Shown here piece after piece: positions 50,622 to 58,021 of a stretch of 58,021 nucleotides of DNA. A program made the position numbers and the translations under genes. Origin of the DNA: an uncultured Dehalococcoidales bacterium (lineage in GTDB: Bacteria; Chloroflexota; Dehalococcoidia; GIF9; AB-539-J10); assembly GCA_964509565.1 (NCBI GenBank), contig CAZDXE010000004.1, positions 1 to 58,021 on the forward strand, read 5' to 3'. Position 1 is the first letter of the stretch; each line of letters opens with the position of its first letter. The notes under the pieces are model-generated. The model was not told the DNA's origin. It did not search any database and saw nothing but the letters and a program-made list of their open reading frames with translations.

Positions 50622-53600
50622 ATGAATCTCTCCTGTTTACTTTCTCTGTTTAAGGAAACACCTGCCTACAAGCAATTGGTGGAACAGCTAGTTGCGTTCA
50701 ATGGTAAGCAGAAAGTGGTGATACTCGGGGCTGCAAAGCCTTTTCTTATAGCTGCCCTTAACGAAGAATTTAACCTGCCTCTTATAGTAGTAACTGCTCA
50801 CCCCGAGGATGCTAAGGAGCTATATGAGCAGCTCCAAATCTGGTGTTCGCCTTCAGTCAATTTGATGCAGTTTCCCGAAGTGGATTTCTCGCCATATGAA
50901 TATTTTACTTCCTACCCCCGTAAGGCAATGATGGAGCGATTACAGGTATTATCCAGCCTATCTCTTTGTGGGCCCTTTGCGTTCCATCACTCTAAGCGCA
51001 GGGAAGAATCTTACGTCACCGATGGTAAGCTCTGCGAAAAATCTGGATGCCCTTCCCTTTCACTTAGTTCAGGACTTGGGCTGACAACTAAACAGCCCCC
51101 TTTGGTAGTAGCTTCAGCCCTGGCGATAGTAAGCAAAACTATCCCGGTGGAAGATTTTGCCCACGCCTGGCATTTTTTACGGCAAGGTATGGCTGCTGAT
51201 CCTGTAGTCTTGTTACACAAATGGCAAAGAATGGGTTATGAGGTGGAGGGTGTAGTTGAAATACCGGGGACGATGAGTAGACGAGGTGGTATCATTGACA
51301 TTTTTCCTGTCTGTAGCCAATTCCCAGCCCGAATAGAGTTTCTGGGCAATCAGATAGAGAGCATGCGGTTGTTTAATCCTGAAAGTCAGTGCTCAATCAA
51401 ACCAATTTCTTTGTTAAATATCACTCCAGCTAAGGAAGCCCTCATATCCCCAGCGGGACAGATGACTAATGCCCTGGATTTAGATAGCTGTACTGCTGAG
51501 GCAAAAGCACACTTTGAAGAAGATATAGCTAGATTGCAACAGGGGCAATGGTTCTCAGGTGCTGAGTTTTACTTCCCTTTGTTTAATACCGCTGACGTTT
51601 TTGATTATCTATGCCCTAATGCTCTCATTATTCTCGACGCAGCGGAGGAAATTGAGGTTGTCATTGGAAGGATAAACAGGGAAGCTCAAGAATTAAGAGA
51701 GGTAAAGTTGGGAAATGCTGTACTGCCCAGGGGATTCCCATCTCCCTATTTTACCTGGGGGGAATTGGAATCAAAAGTAAAGGCGAGGCAATGGCTGGTT
51801 CTAGAATCCTGGAATACTGCTTTAGTTCCAAAATCCGGTGAGCTCCCAGGGATTTCTGCTGTTGAGAATCAGCAACAGATTTTGCCCTTTAGGTTAGCTT
51901 CTAGCTACGCAGGGGATTTAGGAAGATTCCTTCGGGAAGCCAAACAAATGACACAGCAAAAACAACGAGTAGTTGTGGTTAGCAACCAGACCAGTCGCTT
52001 AGCCGAGCTTTTTCAGGGGGAAGATGTGTATGTTTCTCCCACTTCAAAAATGGAGGAGGTCCCGCCTTGTGGCTCAATTACCTTGTTTCAGGGGTCATTG
52101 GCTGAAGGTTGGGTGATGAATCGTAAATTGAACTTGATTACCGATGCTGAACTTTTTGGCTTTGTAAAGCAGAGGCGTCTAAGTAAGAAGGAGCCTATAC
52201 GACGCCAGTGGCTTCTCCCTCAACTAAGCCCTGGTGACTATGTGGTCCATATTGACCATGGCATCGGCAGGTTCAGTGGACTAAACCAGATGTCTGCTGG
52301 GGGAATTGAACGGGAGTATCTTGTTTTAGAGTATGCTGCCGGCGATAGACTCTATGTGCCTGTTGAGCAAATTGGGCGCGTCAGCCCTTATGTTGGCGCC
52401 AGTGACCGGCCGCCAGTTTTAAACCGATTGGGAACTCAAGAGTGGCAAAAAACAAAGAAAACAGTGGAGCAATCGGTGGCTGATATTGCTCAAGAGCTGC
52501 TTAGCCTTTATGCTAACAGAGAAGTAACCGCAGGTTTTGCTTTTTCTCCTGATACTTTATGGCAACAAGAACTGGAGGCCTCATTCCCTTACATAGAAAC
52601 ACCTGACCAGACTGAGGCAGTGCTCGCTATTAAAGAAGATATGGAGAAAGCTAGGCCAATGGATCGGCTCATTTGTGGGGATGTGGGTTATGGTAAAACT
52701 GAAGTAGCCTTGCGGGCTGCGTTTAAGGCAGTGATGGATAATAAGCAAGTGGCTATGTTAGTCCCTACAACCGTACTGGCTCAACAACACTTTGTTACCT
52801 TTAACCAGAGATTACAGCCCTTCCCCTTAAAAATCGCTGTGCTAAGTCGCTTTTGCTCCCCGGAAAAGGAAGGGGAAACTATCGGAGGCTTGGTTAATGG
52901 TACGGTGGATATATGCATTGGCACTCACCGTTTATTACAGAAAGATGTTGTCTTTAAGGATCTGGGGTTAGTGGTAATTGATGAGGAACAGCGATTCGGC
53001 GTGGCACAGAAGGAAAAACTTAAGCAAATGAGGAGAGAGGTAGATGTTCTGACTCTCACTGCTACACCCATTCCGCGCACCCTTCATATGTCTCTAACAG
53101 GCATTAGGGATATGAGCATTATAGAAACGCCTCCTGAGGAACGTTTATCTATTAAGACCTGTGTGGGTGCTTATGATGATGTTTTAGTCCGAGAGGCGAT
53201 ATTGCGTGAACTGGAGAGGAATGGGCAGATTTTTTTCGTTCACAACCGGGTTCAAAGCATTACCTTCGTAGCCAGCAGATTACAATCTCTGGTACCTGAA
53301 GCGAAAATAGCTATAGCCCATGGGCAAATGCATGAAGATGAATTGGAGAAGGTGATGGCAGATTTTGTGGCTGGTCGCTGCGATATTCTGGTGACTACTA
53401 CCATTATCCAGTTGGGCCTGGATATGCCTAATGTTAATACATTAATTGTAGACCAGGCCGATAAATTTGGTTTAACCCAGCTTTATCAATTAAGAGGCAG
53501 GATAGGACGTGGTACTAACCAGGCTTATGCCTATTTTCTCTTTGATAAAGAGAAGCAGTTAACTCTACAGGCTCATAAGAGACTCAGGACCATTTTTGAA

Positions 53601-54221
53601 ATTACAGAATTGGGCGCTGGATTTGGCATAGCTATGAAAGATCTGGAAATTCGCGGGGCAGGGAATCTCCTGGGCGCTGAGCAAAGTGGTCATGTGGCTG
53701 CCGTAGGTTTTGATCTCTATTCTCAAATGCTAGCTGAAGCAGTAGAGAAGTTAAAGGTGAGACAAGAAGGCGAAGTCAAGAGGAATGTCTACGTCAACAA
53801 AACGAGGCGAGTTCCTACTGTAGCGTTGCCACTGAGCGCCTATATACCTGAAGAATACGTATCTAAGTTGAACACTCGCTTAAATCTTTATCGCAGATTG
53901 GTCAACATAGGGCGTATTGAGGAAATAGGGAATATGGCCCAAGAGCTTAGAGATAGGTTTGGCGCCTTACCGCATCAAGTGGAAGGATTGCTTTACATAA
54001 TAGAGATAAAGATACGGGCAGCTAAAGCAGGAGTGGGGTCTATCTATACCCAGGGGAAACAAGTGGTGCTAAGCCCAGTTGCTGAGAGGATGTCGCTCAG
54101 TGCGTCTTGCCTGCGAAAATATGAGTACGCAATTAAGATTGGTGCTAGCCAGCTTAGATTAGATACTAAACGCCTGGGGAATAAGTGGCAGGGGGCGCTA
54201 CAGGAGCTGCTTGGAGGATAA
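50622..54221 (+). CDS. mfd: Transcription-repair coupling factor (with in-frame insertions)
   Basis: RGGIIDIF, RID domain VVHIDHGIG, CGDVGYGKT, DEEQRFG, QLRGRIGR, DLEIRGAG and TRCF C-terminus. Confidence 0.96.
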   Translation: MNLSCLLSLFKETPAYKQLVEQLVAFNGKQKVVILGAAKPFLIAALNEEFNLPLIVVTAHPEDAKELYEQLQIWCSPSVNLMQFPEVDFSPYEYFTSYPRKAMMERLQVLSSLSLCGPFAFHHSKRREESYVTDGKLCEKSGCPSLSLSSGLGLTTKQPPLVVASALAIVSKTIPVEDFAHAWHFLRQGMAADPVVLLHKWQRMGYEVEGVVEIPGTMSRRGGIIDIFPVCSQFPARIEFLGNQIESMRLFNPESQCSIKPISLLNITPAKEALISPAGQMTNALDLDSCTAEAKAHFEEDIARLQQGQWFSGAEFYFPLFNTADVFDYLCPNALIILDAAEEIEVVIGRINREAQELREVKLGNAVLPRGFPSPYFTWGELESKVKARQWLVLESWNTALVPKSGELPGISAVENQQQILPFRLASSYAGDLGRFLREAKQMTQQKQRVVVVSNQTSRLAELFQGEDVYVSPTSKMEEVPPCGSITLFQGSLAEGWVMNRKLNLITDAELFGFVKQRRLSKKEPIRRQWLLPQLSPGDYVVHIDHGIGRFSGLNQMSAGGIEREYLVLEYAAGDRLYVPVEQIGRVSPYVGASDRPPVLNRLGTQEWQKTKKTVEQSVADIAQELLSLYANREVTAGFAFSPDTLWQQELEASFPYIETPDQTEAVLAIKEDMEKARPMDRLICGDVGYGKTEVALRAAFKAVMDNKQVAMLVPTTVLAQQHFVTFNQRLQPFPLKIAVLSRFCSPEKEGETIGGLVNGTVDICIGTHRLLQKDVVFKDLGLVVIDEEQRFGVAQKEKLKQMRREVDVLTLTATPIPRTLHMSLTGIRDMSIIETPPEERLSIKTCVGAYDDVLVREAILRELERNGQIFFVHNRVQSITFVASRLQSLVPEAKIAIAHGQMHEDELEKVMADFVAGRCDILVTTTIIQLGLDMPNVNTLIVDQADKFGLTQLYQLRGRIGRGTNQAYAYFLFDKEKQLTLQAHKRLRTIFEITELGAGFGIAMKDLEIRGAGNLLGAEQSGHVAAVGFDLYSQMLAEAVEKLKVRQEGEVKRNVYVNKTRRVPTVALPLSAYIPEEYVSKLNTRLNLYRRLVNIGRIEEIGNMAQELRDRFGALPHQVEGLLYIIEIKIRAAKAGVGSIYTQGKQVVLSPVAERMSLSASCLRKYEYAIKIGASQLRLDTKRLGNKWQGALQELLGG
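50985..51086 (+). repeat. Degenerate palindromic (REP/MITE-like) element inserted in frame in mfd
   Basis: Imperfectly complementary ends CATCACTCTAAG / CTTGGGCTGACA; inner stem AGGGAAG (51000-06) / CTTCCCT (51052-58); internal repeat GAAGAATCT / GAAAAATCT. Confidence 0.6.
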
Positions 54222-54318
54222 GGTACTCGTTCAAGGCACTTCTGCTCTGGAGAGCTTTGCGATAAAATTTCTTCGCAATGACACAAACCTCGGGGAAAGT
54301 AGTAAACTATATGGGATA

Positions 54319-54849
54319 ATGTGTTGCTGCAAACATCAATTGGAAGTTTTTATCACTCGCGAGGAAATAACTCGGAGCGTTGTTAGGCTGGCTTCCGAAA
54401 TAAATCATGATTATCGTGGGAAGTCGCTTTTGCTCATCGGTGTTCTAAAAGGCGCATTTGTGTTTATGGCTGACCTGATCCGCCAGCTTGGTTTGCCAGT
54501 GGAGGTGGATTTCATCAGACTCTCCAGCTATGGCGCTGCCAGAGAAAGCTCGGGTAAAGTTAAAGTAATTCAGAGGCTTAGTGCATCGGTAAAGGGTAGG
54601 GATGTTCTGATAATTGAAGATATTGTGGATACTGGCGGTACAATCTCTTTTTTGTTGGATTACTTAAAAAGAAAGAAACCTGCTTCACTGAGGCTTTGTG
54701 CCTTAATGGATAAGCCGTCTCGCCGCCAGATTTCTGTACCTATTGACTATCTTGGCTTTACCGTGCCAGATAAATTTATTGTTGGCTATGGCCTCGATTT
54801 TGATGAAAAGTTTCGCTATTTACCTTACATCTGTTTTGTGGGGGATTAA
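54319..54849 (+). CDS. hpt: Hypoxanthine phosphoribosyltransferase
   Basis: GVLKGAFVFMADL, LSSYG, IIEDIVDTG and FIVGYGLD. Likely start ATG 54319 rather than TTG 54211. Confidence 0.95.
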   Translation: MCCCKHQLEVFITREEITRSVVRLASEINHDYRGKSLLLIGVLKGAFVFMADLIRQLGLPVEVDFIRLSSYGAARESSGKVKVIQRLSASVKGRDVLIIEDIVDTGGTISFLLDYLKRKKPASLRLCALMDKPSRRQISVPIDYLGFTVPDKFIVGYGLDFDEKFRYLPYICFVGD

Positions 54850-54852
54850 ACG

Positions 54853-56541
54853 ATGAATTTGAAAAAGATTATTGCTGTAGCTAGAGGCGAAAGGCCAGCC
54901 GATTTAGTGCTAAAAAATGCTCGTGTAATAAATACTTTTATCGGCGAGGTGGAACAGGGCGATGTAGCTATTTGTGGCGATAGAGTTGCTGGTATAGGGG
55001 ATTATCAACAGGCCAGAGGGAGCATTGATTTGCATGGCGATTATCTGGCCCCGGGATTGATCAATGGTCATACTCATGTAGAAAGCTCTATGCTTCATCC
55101 AGTGAGATATGCTCAGGCGGTGGTTCCTAGAGGTACTCTGACTGTTGTTACTGATTTGCATGAAATCGCTAACGTCTGTGGGGTCGAAGGTGTGAAATTT
55201 GTTACAAGCTGGGCACATAAGTTGCCTCTGGATATGATGCTTATGATTCCCTCCTGTGTGCCGGCAACCACGTTGGAAACATCGGGTGCTCGAATCAATG
55301 CTGATGAGGTGAAAAAACTTTTGGCATATCCTGATGTCATTGGTTTGGGGGAGGTGATGAATTTTCCTGGCGTGATCAGTGGGGATGAGGAGGTATTAGC
55401 TAAGATTAGTGCCGCTGAGGGCAGAGTTATTGATGGACACGCTCCTGGGCTGGGAGGCAAGGAGTTGAATGCCTATATAGCGGCAGGCATTCTTTCTGAC
55501 CATGAATCCACCACGTTGGAGGAAGGTAGAGAAAAGCTGAAGCGAGGAATGTATTTGATGATTCGGGAAGGCTCTTCTGAGAAGAATTTAGAGGCTCTTC
55601 TGCCATTGGTTACTGATAATACCTATAAGAGATGTCTCTTCGTAGTGGATGACCGCAGTTGTTCTGACCTTCTCCGCCAGGGCGATATCGATGCTGTAGT
55701 GAGGAAAGCTATTAACGAAGGGTTGGAACCAGTTCGGGCGATTCAGTTGGCAACAATTAACCCTGCTGAGCATTTCCGCCTTCATGACAGGGGCGCTATC
55801 GCTCCAGGTTACCTCGCTGACCTCATCACTATCACTGATCTCTCCAGACTGGAAATAGACATGGTGTTTTATAAAGGTAAGCTACTGGCAAAACAGGGCA
55901 AACCTTTATTTCCCTCGCTACAACTGGAGGTTGATAGCTATCAGACGATGGCTAAATCAGTGTGTATCAAACCGCTTACTATAGAATCGTTGAAATTAGC
56001 GGCTACTGGGGAGACATATCCTGTTATTGAAATTGCCCCCGGACAGATAATTACTAGGAAAAGAATAGAAAAGGTAAAAATCGTGGACGGGGCAATTGTG
56101 CCTGACCTGGAGAAGGATATCTTGAAGCTCGTGGTGGTGGAAAGGCATAAAGCCAGCGGCAATATTGGCCTGGGGCTGGTTAAGGGATTCGGCTTAAAGG
56201 GAGGAGCGTTAGCATCCTCTGTGGCTCATGATTCTCACAATATAATAGCTGTAGGTTCTAATGACGCTGACATCCTTAGAGCAATTGAGGAGATAGTTAA
56301 GATGCAAGGTGGGCTGGTTGCCTGTGCTAACCATGAAATTCTTGCCTCTCTGCCATTGCCTATCGCCGGTCTGCTTTCCCCTGAGCCCTTAGAGAAAGTT
56401 GTAGCTCAATTTGAAAAGCTGGAGAAGGCTGCTGCTGGTCTGGGTAACTTGCCTACGGCTCCTTTATCTATCCTTTCTTTTCTGGCTCTGCCTGTCATTC
56501 CCGAATTGAGGCTGACTGATTTGGGGCTGGTGTCACTGTAA
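54853..56541 (+). CDS. ade: Adenine deaminase
   Basis: HTHVESS, HEIANV, LGEVMN, IDGHAP, SDHE, IREGS, VAHDSHN and PIAGL. Confidence 0.95.
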   Translation: MNLKKIIAVARGERPADLVLKNARVINTFIGEVEQGDVAICGDRVAGIGDYQQARGSIDLHGDYLAPGLINGHTHVESSMLHPVRYAQAVVPRGTLTVVTDLHEIANVCGVEGVKFVTSWAHKLPLDMMLMIPSCVPATTLETSGARINADEVKKLLAYPDVIGLGEVMNFPGVISGDEEVLAKISAAEGRVIDGHAPGLGGKELNAYIAAGILSDHESTTLEEGREKLKRGMYLMIREGSSEKNLEALLPLVTDNTYKRCLFVVDDRSCSDLLRQGDIDAVVRKAINEGLEPVRAIQLATINPAEHFRLHDRGAIAPGYLADLITITDLSRLEIDMVFYKGKLLAKQGKPLFPSLQLEVDSYQTMAKSVCIKPLTIESLKLAATGETYPVIEIAPGQIITRKRIEKVKIVDGAIVPDLEKDILKLVVVERHKASGNIGLGLVKGFGLKGGALASSVAHDSHNIIAVGSNDADILRAIEEIVKMQGGLVACANHEILASLPLPIAGLLSPEPLEKVVAQFEKLEKAAAGLGNLPTAPLSILSFLALPVIPELRLTDLGLVSL

Positions 56542-56563
56542 CTGTGTTGCTTGTCGGCTGATT

Positions 56564-57910
56564 TTATTTCTGCCTTGTGGCCCATAGTGGAGTAGCCTCG
56601 AAAGGCTCACCACTCAGTTTAGCCTGTAGAATTTCCTCCAGCTTCTCGATGGGTACTCGAATTTGTGCCAGGCTGTCTCTTTCCCGTATGGTAACCTGAT
56701 TATCCTCCAGAGACTGGAAATCTATGGTAATGCAAAAGGGAGTGCCAACTTCGTCCTGACGCCTGTATCTCCGTCCAATGCTTTGAGAATCATCATAGCA
56801 GGTCATAAAATTGTGGCACAATTTAGTGTAGACTTTTTTGGATAGCGGGGCTAACCTTTCGTTTCTGCTCAAGGGCAAGATGGCTGCTTTCATTGGAGCT
56901 ATAGCGACAGGGAAGCGCAAAAGTACTCTGGCTTCTCCCTCTACAGTTTCTTCATGGTAAGCATCAATGAGCAGGGCTAGCACAGAGCGGTCAACACCGG
57001 CTGACGGCTCAATGATGTAGGGGATGTACCTTTTTTTCTCCTCGTTATCATAATAGCCAAGTTCTTTGCCGCTACATTTGGCATGCTGGGACAAATCATA
57101 ATCACCTCTATTGGCAATGCCTTCCAATTCCGCCCAGCCCATAGGAAATAGATATTCGATGTCGTAGCAATCTTTAGCGTAATGGGCCATCTCTTCTTTG
57201 CCGTGCTGTCGCAAGCGCAGGTTTTCCTTTCTGATGCCTATCTTTATATACCACTCGAGCCGCTCCTTTACCCAGTAGTCAAACCAGCGTTCATCAGCCC
57301 CGGGTTTGACAAAGTATTCCATCTCCATCTGTTCGAATTCTCGGGTCCTGAAGATAAAGTTTCCTGGCGTTATTTCGTTGCGGAAGGACTTACCTATCTG
57401 GGCGATGCCAAAGGGCAACTTTTTTCTGGAAGTGGCAAGCACATTTTCAAATTCAACAAATATGCCCTGGGCAGTCTCGGGGCGCAAGTAAATGGTGTTT
57501 GTTTCTTCCTCCACTGGACCCATAAAAGTTTTGAACATCAGGTTAAACATGCGAGGTTCAGTCAAACCATCACCACACTGAGGACATTTATTGTCATTTA
57601 CATCACTAACTCGCCATCTCAGGTGGCAGGTTTTACATTCCGCCATGGGGTCACTAAAGCTATCAATATGGCCGCTGGCTTTCCATATCGCAGGATGCAT
57701 CATGATACTGGTATCTATACCTACAATGTCATCTCGTTCCTGAACCATGGCTTTCCACCAGGCGTTTTTAACATTGCGTTTAAGCTCCACTCCCATAGGG
57801 CCGTAGTCCCAGCAGCTAGATAAGCCGCCGTATATTTCACTGCTGGGGAAGATAAACCCTCTCCGCTTGCACAGAGAGACGATTTTTTCCATATTCACTT
57901 TGCTTGTCAT
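56564..57910 (-). CDS. glyQS: Glycine-tRNA ligase, homodimeric alpha2 type
   Basis: KRRGFIFPSSEIYGG, YLRPETAQGIF, SFRNEITPGNFIFRTREFEQME and IEPSAG. Confidence 0.97.
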   Translation of the reverse strand: MTSKVNMEKIVSLCKRRGFIFPSSEIYGGLSSCWDYGPMGVELKRNVKNAWWKAMVQERDDIVGIDTSIMMHPAIWKASGHIDSFSDPMAECKTCHLRWRVSDVNDNKCPQCGDGLTEPRMFNLMFKTFMGPVEEETNTIYLRPETAQGIFVEFENVLATSRKKLPFGIAQIGKSFRNEITPGNFIFRTREFEQMEMEYFVKPGADERWFDYWVKERLEWYIKIGIRKENLRLRQHGKEEMAHYAKDCYDIEYLFPMGWAELEGIANRGDYDLSQHAKCSGKELGYYDNEEKKRYIPYIIEPSAGVDRSVLALLIDAYHEETVEGEARVLLRFPVAIAPMKAAILPLSRNERLAPLSKKVYTKLCHNFMTCYDDSQSIGRRYRRQDEVGTPFCITIDFQSLEDNQVTIRERDSLAQIRVPIEKLEEILQAKLSGEPFEATPLWATRQK

Positions 57911-58021
57911 TTATATCTCCTTGAGGCACCTTAGCTTACCAGCTTGGGCTGCTCAAGGTCAAAGGGGTGTACTCGTTCAGTACCTTAGTGACACATTCTC
58001 CTTTCTTTTATTTTGTCGGTA

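Overview
This window is mostly core bacterial chromosome, most likely Chloroflexota (Dehalococcoidia-like). That assignment is inferred from the dnaA-obgE-nadD-gyrB-hisS-rel gene order, alpha2-type GlyRS, an acVLRF1 gene, a PAC2 gene and a small SWIM protein. It appears to span the replication origin: an AT-rich gap between dnaA and obgE (~28883-29045) where strand composition flips from C-rich to G-rich (judged by eye). About 45 housekeeping or metabolic CDS are recognisable. I saw no rRNA, tRNA or CRISPR array. Main leads: (1) a mutS2 + VLRF1 (Vms1-like) operon, a candidate bacterial ribosome split-and-release quality-control pair; (2) a larA-ECF S-component-DUF1893 module, possibly linked to nickel-pincer or pyridine-nucleotide handling; (3) degenerate palindromic repeats inserted in frame in mfd, the class V aminotransferase and DUF1015; (4) a tldD-pmbA-PAC2 proteolysis operon; (5) non-canonical motifs in Obg (G3) and DnaA (box-reading helix), with only degenerate DnaA boxes; (6) IS remnants and an alcohol dehydrogenase lacking its Rossmann motif. 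All family calls come from motif recognition by eye; no searches were run.
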